This document shows positions 1 to 11,920 of a DNA stretch of 64,000 nt, piece by piece; the first letter of the stretch is position 1, and every line of letters begins with the position of its first letter. A program made the translations under genes and the position numbers. The stretch is taken from assembly GCF_006345805.1 (NCBI RefSeq), contig NC_043004.1, positions 1,612,001 to 1,676,000 on the forward strand, given 5' to 3'. The stretch is from Octopus sinensis (lineage: Eukaryota). Below the pieces are notes generated by a model. That model ran no database searches. It worked only from the letters and a program-made list of their open reading frames with translations, and was not told the origin of the DNA.

Positions 1-607
1 CCTTCATATCTCTGAAACAGCTGTAAAACTACCTTTATTAACGTTCTAGAAATTTCACACTGCCTTGACTTTGTTGTCACATTTTATTTAACATATATAT
101 GTAAGTGTGTATATATAGAACCGATAGGCAATAAGTACAGTCATCACTAAAGTGACGGAGGATGCTAGCGAGCAGAAGCATTGCTAGAAATAAGAGTCAA
201 ACAACTCGTAGCCACGTGAGGAGCACTTTCCTAACGGCTGACAATGGCGACAGGCTCCCTCCCTGCAACAAACGAGATGGAGTCGTATCAGAGCTGATTT
301 CAGATTTAATCAGTCTTCACCAGTGACACATTACTTCGTCGCCGAGAGTTAAAAAACCTAAGTCACCTTGTCAGCTTTATAGAGAACACCATAAAAAACA
401 TCAACTGATGTCGAAAATGGTGAAGTGAGAATTATGAATTATTAAGGTGGCTATTCGCAATTTAGAACCAATATGAAACAAGTAAAGTCGTCACTCAAGT
501 GATGGAGGGTACCGGTAAGTACCAGCATTGCTAGAAATGAGAATCAAAGCAATTCTTAGCCTCTAGTTAAATGCAATGTTGTCTTTATTATAACATAAAA
601 CGAACGT

Positions 608-609
<2 letters not shown>

Positions 610-701
<92 letters not shown>

Positions 702-740
702 TGTATGTATGTATGTATGTATGTGTGTGTGTGTAGAGAG

Positions 741-797
<57 letters not shown>

Positions 798-800
798 TAC
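610..800. repeat. Compound microsatellite (TA)n-(TGTA)n-(GATA)n
   Basis: Visible directly; it generates the low-complexity ORFs 556..849, 563..838 and 588..968. Confidence 0.95.
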
Positions 801-1485
801 GTAGATATCTGTGCGTGTTTGTGTATGTCCTCCACCATCGCTTGGCCATCGAAGTTTATTCTTTACGCCCCTGTAACCTGGTGGTTCGGCAAAAGAGAAC
901 GATAGATTAAGTATTAGAGATACACAAGTGTTGACTAGAGGATGGTATTTATCAGAGGGAAACTTCATGGTAATCGCTTGAGTGACCTATCTTAGGATGA
1001 AATCTCGAATGTCTACACTTATAAGATTGTACTAAACGTAGCCGCTTCTGAAGAACTTTGTTGGCTGTAAAGAAGACAAGATGTAGAGTTGCTAGTGTTC
1101 AGTGCTATAGTCTTAATAAGATGATAAGAGCCAGATCATTAACAAAAGTGTACCTTGCCAAAACCGCCGTCGCTGGTTTTAAACGTCTTCTTGTTATTTT
1201 AGATGTCCTTCGTATGAACAAAGTAAAAAGGAAAATTTGCATTTAGAGAAGACAATTACAAAAAAAATATATATATACTTAGAAGAAAATTCACCTTGAA
1301 AGAAGTTTGGTGAATTTGGTCAAAGTAGATTGCCTTGGTGTCATATTGCGTTCTGGTCGTTGTTATTTGAATAAGTATTGAAAAGACTACATGAGTTGTG
1401 GGAGTCAGTGCTTTCCTTAGCTCTAACAATTTGAGAGCATCTTCGATGAAAGAAGATAAAATGAAGATCCTTAAATCACATCATA

Positions 1486-1516
<31 letters not shown>

Positions 1517-1763
1517 TCCCTCCTTCCTTCAAGCGGTTAAAATACATATTTTTAAAGAATCAAGAAGAATAAGCTATACACGATCACCTGCTTAATAACA
1601 CTACTCGAAAAGATGAGCCAAAAGATATGAGACTTACTGTGAGTCTCATGAAGGCGATGTTTTTCGGTTCGTTTTCTAGAAATCTGAGGTTAAATAATTT
1701 TAAAAACATATTTCCTGCTATCTGTACATATATACTGCACCAATAGTTAAGATTTTCTACAAA

Positions 1764-2158
1764 TCTGTCTATATATAAAGCTGAAGTTGTCTATATATGG
1801 CAGGTTTGGTAGCATTCAACTAACACTATCTTCTCCGAAACCCTGCAGCGCAAGTTGACCAATATTGAGAGTATGATTGGAGAAGGCTTGCTCTTCCTTC
1901 CGTAGAAGGAAAAATTTAAATCGGACCATGTTAATACCAAAAAATTATTTACATCAAGAAGGTGCTTTTTTTTCTATGAAAACCCCTATTTTTTACGATT
2001 TTTTGACTGCTGTTCCGCAATTTTTCGGTGTATTTCAACCAGAAAAATGTTCGCTTAAAGATAATAACAAGTTACATAATGCAAAAGTTTTAATTTTTCA
2101 AGAATTTCAATTCTAAAGGGTCGAAACAAACCCGAGCAACGCCAGGTGATACTGCTAG
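1764..2158 (+). mobile_element. Non-autonomous Helitron (~395 bp)
   Basis: Begins TC after an A (a|TCTGTCTATATATAAAGC) and ends with a GC-rich imperfect hairpin (cccgagcaacgccagg) plus CTAG followed by T (2155-2159). No TIR or TSD. These are the canonical Helitron termini and A|T target. Confidence 0.75.
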
Positions 2159-3284
2159 TATATTAAAAAAAAACATTCTATGGGAATAGGATTAATCCCG
2201 CCATCATTTCCGCATCTCTTCATCTTCTATTAGCTACGTTATTGGGTGGAAAAAATTCCTATGGACGAGAGCAATGTGTTAAAGAAGGTCGCTGTTGATG
2301 TGATATTCTTCAGTTTCTGAATATTCTTTGATGAGACGAATAAATTTTAAATCACAACACACTTCTCCACTTTTCTATTAGCATCTTTGCCATTATTCTC
2401 CTTCTTAGGTCTGTTAATGACTAGTTTAGTTGCCGGGAAATCTCATCTTCTCAGATATCCTAAAGATATGGTTTTATTCTGAACCAGAGGACAGCCTTAT
2501 TATGTAATTATAAAGCAAGTATCGAAGTCAACTAAGTCACATAAACTTCTTACTAATTCTAACATAACAGAAATATATGGAATTTTTAACTTATAGGTGA
2601 CTTCGAAGGAAAAGCTTTATCCAATAGGACTCTTCGAAACATAAGCTTAACAAAATAAATAAATCAACGATAAATTAACTGGAATATTAAAATTTCCGAT
2701 AGATTAAACAAAACTGTAAAAGTCAGTGTTTGTATGTCTTTTTCGTTTTATTATTTTTTTTTTTGTAAAATAAAATTCGTATAACGTTCAACGGATAAAT
2801 GAATTATAAAGACATAAATGGAACATCGAACATCACACCTCCGAGTAAACATTGCATATACTAGTTGAAAGTATGTTTAAAAGAGACAGAGAGGGGGAAA
2901 AAAGAGCAGTGTGGGTGTGTGGGTGATTGGGTGGATGCGTGTGTATGTGTGTGTAGGTATGTATTGGTATGTGAGTGAGAGAGAGAGAGAGAGAGGCAGA
3001 CAGAGAGTGAAGAGAAGGTGGAGGGTGATGGAGGGAATGAGAGGATATGATGTAGCATAAACACGACGAAAGTGGTGGATAACTAAGGATTATAAAAATT
3101 ATCTCTGTACTTTGAACAGCCCAGTTAAAAGGGCGTATCTCTTCTTTTATTGCTGCTCAAAGCGACTATTTCAAATAAGATGATAAAGCTGATGGTTTAC
3201 TAACAATACTTATTTGGTAATTAAAACAACGCTGACACCAAAACAACAATAGCAACAACATCAAATTACACAAATTCATACCTT

Positions 3285-3298
3285 CATTATTATTATCA

Positions 3299-3362
<64 letters not shown>

Positions 3363-3720
3363 CTTCATCATCATTAATGTTGTCGTTGTTACTGTTGTTA
3401 TTGTTGTTAATGATGATGATGTTGTTGATATTACGTTTTTTCTTTCTTTTTTTTGTAGATCGTTTGTTTGACGACTTGTACAGTTTTTATATGTTTGGAA
3501 GTTTTATTTGCTGGAGAGAAATCAATAGTTTGACATCGATTTTTTTCATATATTTTATTCAGTTTTAGTTGCTGTTGGTCATCAAGTTTTCTTTTTAATA
3601 AAATCAATACTAGAATATCATTAAAAGTTTTTTAAAGATAGAGAATGATTTCCTTGCCTATCTATCTATCTGTTTGCCTGTCTGTCTGTCTATCTAACTA
3701 TCCATCTATCTATCTATCTG

Positions 3721-3773
<53 letters not shown>

Positions 3774-3834
3774 ACATATCCATCCATCCATCTGTCTATC
3801 TGTCTATCTATTGATCTATGTATTTGTTTGCCTG

Positions 3835-3891
<57 letters not shown>

Positions 3892-3900
3892 ATATATATA
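3285..3900. repeat. (ATT)n tract (3285-3362) and (TCTA)n tract (~3655-3900)
   Basis: Visible directly. Confidence 0.9.
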
Positions 3901-4164
3901 TACATATATAATAAAATAACATATATATATATATATGCATATATACATAATACACATACGTATATGTACATACATCTATACGTATATGTACATACATCTA
4001 TACGTATATATATATATATATATGCATATGTGGGCACAGGACCTCACGAAACGTGTACAACAAAAAGTACGAAGCACGAGTACATGGAACATGAACTATT
4101 CTTTCGAACAACGAAAGACACAAATGGAAAACAAAACAAACAACATAAAGAACGACCCTTCATC

Positions 4165-4197
4165 ACTTGTTGGGTGTTTTTCTAGTCTCGTATTTCG

Positions 4198-4250
<53 letters not shown>

Positions 4251-6245
4251 TTATATATATATACACGTCTTCTCTGTAAGGAGTAGACTTTAAGTTTCTT
4301 TAGACTCTCCCATTCGCTTACGTGTTGCACCGACTCGATTTCCGTGTGTAGTGGTGCTGAATTTGCTGCAATCCCACAGTTTGACTCTTTTGGGAGATCA
4401 TGGTTGCAGGCAGTAATCCAGTTGACTGAGAACAAATGTTCTCCACAGATGAAGCAACGTATCCTTTCTGTTTCTGAATGATCTCAGAATTCATTCAGCT
4501 GCTCATTTGCACGGTATTACCATCATCGTTATATGCAGATGGAATGTTGCATCATTACTCATGTGAATTCCGAGGTCATGCACCAAATCACGCCCCAAAT
4601 CTACCCCGAAACGGCACTAACCTTCGGTGCCGTGTATTCCGACTGTAGACTGTATGTGAGCCTATAGTGGGGTGGTTGCATTTTCTCGACATTGAACTGT
4701 ATTTTCAGCAGCCCTCTTGTATGTGCATTCAGGTCTTTCTGTAGTTTTAGGTTGTCATCAGGGCCCTTGACCGCCTACGATACTTTCGCATCATTAGCAC
4801 AGCTGGTGGGAGTGGCCGACTGAATGGGTGAGGGAAGGTCTGAGAGGGCCATATCAAACGGAAGTGCGCCCAGTACTGTTCCCTGAGGAAATCCGTTGAG
4901 AGTTTATATCTCCTCAGAGAGAACTCCATAGACCAAAGCGCCCTGCTGCTACTTACCCAGTTTTCCAGCGATACCATGGCCATGCAGTTGATCATCTCAT
5001 GATCAACTTCGTCAAATTTCTTGGCAAAGTCGAGTGGCTGTGTGGTAAGTAGCTTGCTAACCAACCACATGGTTCCGGGTTCAGTCCCACTGCGTGGCAT
5101 CTTGGGCAAGTGTCTTCTGCTATAGCCTCGGGCTGACCAAAGCCTTGTGAGTGGATTTGGTAGACGGAAACTGAAAGAAACCTGTCGTATATATGTATAT
5201 ATATATATGTATGTGTGTATTTGTGTGTCTGTGTTTGTCCCCCTAGCATTGCTTGACAACCGACGCTGGTGTGTTTACGTCCCCGTCACTTAGCGGTTCG
5301 GCAAAAAGAGACCGATAGAATAAGTACTGGGCTTACAAAGAATAAGTCCCGGGGTCGGTTTGCTCGACTAAAGGCGGTGCTCCAGCATGGCCGCAGTCAA
5401 ATGACTGAAACAAGTAAAAGAGTAAAGAGTAAAGAGTATATCACATCTACATTTGAGTGGTTGCGTTGTTGATTCACTGTTCAGTCAAAATGATGTAGTT
5501 GATGAGTAAGGAAGCACCGCAGAGGACGGAAGCCATGTTGTCGTGTTTGTGAGCAAGCTATTTTCCTCTAGGAACCTGATAAATCTCCTTCTAACAACGA
5601 CTTCAATAACCTTACTAACATGCGAGCTCAGAAAGACAGTTCTGCTGTAAATTTTAGCATTTGCTCTGCTTCCTCCTCTATGGACAAGGCATATTGTTTT
5701 CTTTAAAATATTCTAATGAGCTTACAATATACAAAGAATCTCTGAAAAAGTATCTGCAGTGATTTTACGAGAACTTTTATTTTTTACATGTCTTTAAAAG
5801 AACAGTCGGAAATCCATCTCAGGCCGTTGTTGAGTTCGAATTCATCTCATCAGTGGCTAATATCATGTCATCTTCCTTTATGTCGATGGTTGCCCTTTGC
5901 TTGTGTCGAGCTGTGATGTTGAAGAACTCATTAGGTTTGCTTATTTGCATGTTTCCGGTGGGCGAGGGTTGTAAACATTTTGGAATTGTTTATTTAGTAT
6001 TCCACTTACCCCTACAGGACCTGCAGTTAGTGAGCTAATTTCTTCAAACAGTGGCTCAATCCTGTAGTGCTCTGAAGCAGAATATTTTGCAAATTGTTGA
6101 TGGATTTAGGATTCTTTTCATATTCTTAACTGTCCAGGGTTCTCTCTCTTCTGTTTTTTCCGCAAGAATCTGGAAATTATGGAATATCCTGGAAAAAATA
6201 TGATTCTTTGATGTATAATGGACACGTATAGGATAGCTCACAGCA
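4165..6245 (-). mobile_element. Decayed CR1-like LINE, ORF2 reverse-transcriptase region (frameshifts and stops)
   Basis: Minus-strand translation gives successive RT motifs: IDIKEDDMILATDEMNSNS..DGFPTVLLK, GGSRANAKIYSR..SHVSKVIE, NVDVI..DFAKKFDEVDH, GFPQGTVLGALP, AYNDD, and the CR1-type C-terminus LKKLKVYSLQRRR. Interrupted by a SINE (5032-5438) and a (CA)n(TA)n tract (4200-4262). Confidence 0.9.
5032..5438 (+). mobile_element. tRNA-derived SINE family A, inserted in the CR1 RT
   Basis: Head tggctgtgtggtaagtagcttgct...ggttcagtccc (A/B-box-like), internal (TA)n(TG)n, tail (aaagagt)n. Near-identical copies occur elsewhere in the window. Confidence 0.9.
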
Positions 6246-6676
6246 TATTTTATACACCCTTACATTAATACTTTTGCATATCGTACCTACGGCTTGCACC
6301 TCACACGTAACTATAAACATAATCCCAAATGCAGAAATTTCTAGTCCTTGCAACTCTCAGACAAAAGAATTTTTATTACGTTGCTAATGATAGGCTTTGA
6401 TTCTCTTAGAAACAGAAAATATTCTTAAAATTATATCTACATGTACTCATGTTTATGTATAACGTTGTATGGACTTGTGTTTATCTTGGTCCGTGAACCT
6501 ATAATGTTTGTGAACGTTTATTTCCCAGTTTGTAGCAGTTCGACCAATATAGATCAATAAAACACTTAAATTAGTTCAATAATTGAGATACGCGACTAAG
6601 CCCTTCATGGCTGTGCTTCTGCTTACCGCTGTCCGATAAAGGAAAGTATTAGAAAATAAACTAAAAAAATCTTCAA

Positions 6677-7068
6677 CTCTGGTTACGAAAGCTAAGAGTG
6701 ATTATACTCTGGTTACGATGGCTAGAGTGATTATACTCTGGTTACGAAAGCTAAGAGTGATTATACTCTGGTTACGAAAGCTAAGAGTGATTATACTCTG
6801 GTTACGAAAGCTAAAAGTGATTATACTCTGGTTACGAAAGCTAAGAGTGATTATACTCTGGTTACGAAAGCTAAGAGTGATTATACTCTGGTTACGAAAG
6901 CTAAAAGTGATTATACTCTGGTTACGAAAGCTAAGAGTGATTATACTCTGGTTATGAAAGCTAAGAGTGATTATACTCTGGTTACGAAAGCTAAAAGTGA
7001 TTATACTCTGGTTACGAAAGCTAAGAGTGATTATACTCTGGTTACGAAAGCTAAGAGTGATTATACTC
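6677..7068. repeat. 30-bp minisatellite, 13 units (ctctggttacgaaagctaagagtgattata)
   Basis: Head-to-tail units with no spacers. Unit 2 is 29 bp. A G>A variant recurs every third unit. Confidence 0.97.
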
Positions 7069-8024
7069 GCTATACACGATATAACATTTGTTGATGTCAT
7101 TCAGAAAGTCCCTCTATCAATCCGTAAATTTCCTTACTTCTCTGTATCTCTGTTCCTACGACGAAGGGACGTCCCGCACTATTGAGAGAATTTATACGCC
7201 AGAGAACCGGGAAACCGGTATGACACGAGAAAGGAACCTTTTAAACTTTATACCTCTGTTCTGGAATTGTAAGGTCAGTACGTGACATAACCTCATGCAG
7301 TGATATAAGTTTGAAATATAAAATAACGTTTCACATTACAACTAATTTCACCGTCACTGAAACTTCGAAAGAACTCTGTAGAAAGGGCTTTCTATAAAGC
7401 AGGAAAACAACAAAACAAAAGTCTGTGAACGATAGAGTGACAACACGTCGAAATGTTATCTAAACCAATGAGTGTCGACCAATTTTCACCTACGGTACCC
7501 TTTCATTCTCATTGTACTGGAATGAACCTTCACAGCTATTCTATGTTTAAAAGACCTAATTATATATTTTAATTATATTTTACAAGAAGTCGAACGTACA
7601 AATTGTTAAAATATTTTGTGCATTGTAGAGGTATAGCCAATGTATTGTACATAAATTATAACAGCAGAATACCAATGGAAGCTGAAGTGTCATGTGGACC
7701 CCGGTTGAGAACCAGTGATGTAAACTAGAAAGTTGAAAAAGTTCAGAGCAAAAAAAAAAAAGAAAAAAGAAGGAGCTTCTGAGAAAGTAAGGACTTGTAT
7801 TTGCATAACCTTAATATATGTATAAAGTCATATTGTAACATATCATAGAGGAAGAGTTTTAAAAGAAATTAATGTAGTGGAAAAATAATAACGGCTAATT
7901 GTTTTGGAAGTCAAATATGCGTATAAAGCAAAGTTGAGTAGAAAAAAAAGAAAAAAAAAAAGATCTCAAGGAAATAAGTCTAATGAAACAATAAACAGGA
8001 ATTTGGATAAATAAATGGCGTATA

Positions 8025-8146
8025 GGCGTTGGCGTGGCTGAGTGGTAAGCAGTTTGTTTCCCAACCACATGGTTCATGGTTCGGTCTCACTGCTTGGAAC
8101 CTTGGGCAGTGTTTTCTAGTATAGACACGGGTAGAAAGGTTAGGGT

Positions 8147-8189
<43 letters not shown>

Positions 8190-8386
8190 GTATATATTTG
8201 CGTGCGTGTGTTTTGTGTCTGCGTTTGTGCTTCACCAGCACTTCAGAACCGGTGTTGGTGCGTTTACGTTCCCGTAATTCAGCGGTTCTTCAGAATAGGC
8301 AAATGAACGAGTACAAGGCTTATTTGAAATTCCTCAAAGCAGTGCCCCAGCATGACCGCAGTCTAATGACTGAAACAAGTAAAAAG
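8025..8386 (+). mobile_element. SINE family A copy (diverged)
   Basis: Same head, internal microsatellite and tail as 5032-5438. Confidence 0.8.
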
Positions 8387-8549
8387 TGAACGTAGTGTGT
8401 GCCGCGCGCAAGAATATGTTTAATTGAAATTTATCTCTCATTCAAAGAAAAAAAAGAAAAGAAGATTAAAAGTTCTCCCAGAAGGATTTCATCTTTCTTT
8501 CAAAGTATCTTAGGAAATTGAAAATTAAGCTATTAAAGTGACTCTTTTT

Positions 8550-9105
8550 TTTATGTGTTTCAGCCATGTGGCTGTTGTCATGCTGGAGCACCACCATGAT
8601 TTTTCATTCTTTATCTTTGTACCCTTCCCACAATCCTTCCGTGGTAACTTTCCTCAGACTAATGCGATCCCATCAAAATTGTCGATGGCCCATCTGGTGT
8701 ATGAGGGAATTTGACACTGCTGCCCTCAACTGTGCCTCATGTCGAGCCATCGATTCATCTGATATTGTGGATAGGAGTGAGTCCATTTTCTTTTTGAAGA
8801 CTTCCACATCTATATCATTTAAGTTTCTCAAGTGTTTTGATCGAGCATTGAAGAGCTATGGTCCTCTGAACCCTAGGCTATTGCAGTACCTGGTTCTTAT
8901 ATTAGATGCATTAGACGATAGCTTCGGTACTATGCTCGTACGTACAGTACGAGCATTCACATAACACTTGATGGCAGAACTGGGTACTAGCCCTTCCAGT
9001 ACTTTCCACATGTAAATTATTACATATCTCTCTCGTCTGCGCTGTAGGGAGTAGTTCTTTCGTAGTTCTTTCAGCCTCTACCTGTAGTTCATCTGTTTGA
9101 CTGTA
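8550..9105 (-). mobile_element. CR1-like LINE 3' end (ORF2 C-terminus plus 3' UTR)
   Basis: Minus strand reads KNYSLQRRRERYVIIYMWKVLEGLVP...RYCNSLGFRGP*LFNARSKHLRNLNDIDVEVFKKKMDSLLSTISDES...RAAVSNSLIHQM, typical of CR1 ORF2 ends. Confidence 0.88.
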
Positions 9106-9829
9106 GCAATATTTTTAATCAATTTTTTAAACAACCATGGGTATGCTTTAGCATTTAGACCGTTTGTGTATAATACAGTCATCCCTGCCGATAAATTAGG
9201 AAAGATTTTTACGTATAGAAAGCGTTATGCATAATTTGTTTGGCCAATACAATTAAAATACGTGAAAAGTGAGAGAGGCAAATGGGCAAATAGCATGAAT
9301 TTGAAGAAATATGTTCGGGGGCAATGAGCGATTATTGTAAACATAAAATTCTTAATTAGTTTAAATCTCCCATTTATTGGGAAAGTAAATATTTTGAGAC
9401 AATTGTAAACATTCTTCAAACGAAAGGGGAAATAATTTCAAAAAATTAAAAAATAATCTCTTAAATTGAATTAATATGTTTAAAGGATATTTGTTTGCAG
9501 AAAGGGACAACTATAAACGCGTTTAGCCAGTAAAATTAGCAGAATAAAGAAATAAAATGAGTAAATAACCGAAATGGGTCGATGGCGTTAATTTAATATT
9601 AAGGGTTCATAATGTACTGGAGTCTATTGGTAAAAGAAACATCATTATTTTGTGATGTGGAAGTAACGAAAAATAACTTCCTTATAAGACTGTTTCTCTA
9701 AGGTTCTAGGTATGCATCCCCTGGACTTGTGGGAGGATGGAGGCTGACAGTGTATGTGATTCTGTTGCGATGTTGTTTTCATATGGTAGAAAGCTCCAGA
9801 AGCATTTGCCGACATATAATCCTTTGTAC

Positions 9830-10032
9830 TATAGAGACAAGGCCTGAATTTAGAGAAGGGAGCCAGTTGATTACATCGACTCCAGTGTTTCACTGGTACT
9901 TAATTTATCGACCCCGAAAGGATGAAAGGCAAAGTCGACCTCGATGGAATTTGAACTCAGAATGTAGCAACGGGCAAAATACTGGTAAGCATTTCGTCCA
10001 GCGTGCTAACGATTCTGCCAGCTCGCCGCCTT
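9830..10032 (-). mobile_element. tRNA-derived SINE family B monomer
   Basis: Reverse complement of the aaggcggcgagctggcagaa...ttctgagttcaaattcc...gtcgactttgcctttcatcctttcggggtcgat consensus seen in many copies. Confidence 0.85.
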
Positions 10033-10196
10033 TTTGCTGACAAATAATACAAGTAATAACAACATGTCGCGCACATATGGTTGTGATGCATGTGCCTGGT
10101 GTACCTTTATCATTCGGGTAGTCATGATGGGTATATTTGTCTTTGTATATTTGTACCCCAGTGTCACTTTGATGGCATGCATTACTAATGCGATAT

Positions 10197-10560
10197 TGTT
10201 TACTGATCGACGCATCAAGCCTGTTTGATTCCAGGGGTCGAAAAGAGGAAGAAAAAAAATACAAACCCTTAAAATGTTAAATAGGAAGAAGTTGAAGCAT
10301 TAGAACTGTCAAGGCTGTGCCCATAATGATTGGAATGTTGGGAACAACAAGTAGGGGTATAGACAAATGGCTGGAGAGCTCTTACAAAAAGTTTGTCTCT
10401 TAGGGACAGCAAGGATTATCAGGTGGGTTCTAAGCACTTGAAAGTCTATTGAAAACTTGGTGGATACCTGAGGTTTAAGAGTAGTAACCCGCTACCCACA
10501 TACATGAATAAGACCGACACTGAGCGAAACCAAATAATAATAATAATAATAATAATAAAT
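10197..10560 (+). mobile_element. R4/Dong-like (REL-endonuclease) non-LTR element, 5'-truncated 3' fragment with (AAT)n tail
   Basis: Decayed translation CLLIDASSLFDSR.KEEEK...VKAVPIMIGMLGT...LLQKVCLLGTARIIRWVLST* (stop 10439-10441), a short 3' UTR, then (AAT)n. Confidence 0.75.
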
Positions 10561-11134
10561 GCCCTGATGCAGTACCAGGCAGTGGCTCTCATGGCTTCTG
10601 ATCTTAACTGATTGGAAGTGTTATCATGTACATTGTTTTGTCTTGGTATAAAAGATGGGCTACAGCAAATATTCTGCTCAATACCACAGATTTGCTTGTC
10701 AGTTGTTTGACCTTAACCAGTTGAGCATGTCCCTTAGTGGCTGACGATATGTGCATCTCTGATCACGAGCAGAAGTAGTGGGGGAGCATCATAGCCGTGT
10801 GTTGAGAGGGATTCTTTGGGGTTTGAATAATTCACCTCTGGAAACATGGGTGGTTCTTTCAACATCCTTAAACAACCCTTATTCAGGGACCGTTTGAGCG
10901 GGATGGGCTACTCAACCTGAAGAAAATTCTAACTGGGCCCCACCTGCAAGGTCATGTGCTGTTTATCTTGATATGAGATCACCATGACGCGCACATATGG
11001 TTGTGATGCATGTGCCTGGTGTACCTTTATCAGACGGGTAGTCATGATGGGTATATTGGGCTTCGTATATTTTACCCCAGTGTCACTTTGATGGCATGAA
11101 CTGCTCTCTCACTCAATAATAATAATAATAATAA
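10561..11134 (+). mobile_element. ~555-bp unclassified interspersed repeat flanked by (AAT)n on both sides
   Basis: Homologous copies at 13724-14239 (opposite strand), 10063-10180 and 14259-14308. No TIR and no recognisable ORF. Confidence 0.8.
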
Positions 11135-11515
11135 GACAGTCTTAATTCAGAAAGAAAACAAACTATGCTGGATCATAGATGGCCATCTGAGAAGATATGC
11201 TATAAGAAAGAAAGAAAGGTCGATAGATATTACAGGTTAGTTTGGGAGGTAAAGCAGTTGTGGTTGATGAAAAAGGTAGCAGTAGTACCAATAATTGTCG
11301 GTGCCCTGGGAACAGTGAGCAAAAATCTGCAGAAACACGTAGAACAAATATGGGCTGTGATAAGGGTGGAGCACTTGCAGGAAACAGCACTGCTTGAAAC
11401 CGCTCGAATACTCCGGAAGGTGCTCGAAAAATAAGAGGTGTTACCTTAGCTCACTGGTAGTGAACAGCTGATACTGTAGTACATCTCCAGCGTTAGAAGC
11501 TGTGCAAAGGCAATG

Positions 11516-11572
<57 letters not shown>

Positions 11573-11594
11573 TAATAATAATAATAATAATAAT
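11135..11594 (+). mobile_element. R4/Dong-like element 3' fragment (second subfamily) with (AAT)n tail
   Basis: ORF 11165..11434 ends KVDRYYRLVWEVKQLW..VAVVPIIVGALGTVSKNL...LQETALLETARILRKVLEK*, the C-terminus of REL-endonuclease retroelements. Homologous to 63690-63862. Confidence 0.85.
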
Positions 11595-11595
11595 A

Positions 11596-11880
11596 TACCT
11601 CAGCTAGTACGTCACACGTATTGAGAAGAGAATTGTCGTTGGGAATTTTCTTTCCTTTCTTCCCCTCTATTTTATTTTTCTGTTTTCATTTTTTCTTCTT
11701 TCCTTTTTCTGTCTGTCTTTCTTCCCCCTTCTTTGTATCACATGATCTTGTAAATGAACAATCTGGTGTGTTTATTTTGATGGCCTGCCAATGTACGCAG
11801 TGTGTTTCTCGGCCCTAGGTGTCGGGAAGATACTCGGCAAGAAATGGAAACACATTCGAAAGAAAAGGGTGATAATAATG

Positions 11881-11920
<40 letters not shown>
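11596..11920 (+). mobile_element. R4/Dong-like element, extreme 3' fragment (third subfamily) with (AAT)n tail
   Basis: agtacgtcacacgtattgagaagag matches the ORF end at 12670-12700. The 3' UTR gccctaggtgtcgggaagatactcggcaagaaatggaa matches 12830-12870. Confidence 0.8.

Noticed and set aside
6677-7068. 30-bp array as a CRISPR array or repeat protein
   Set aside because: The units abut with no unique spacers, there are no cas genes, the context is eukaryotic, and the open frames follow from the unit length alone.
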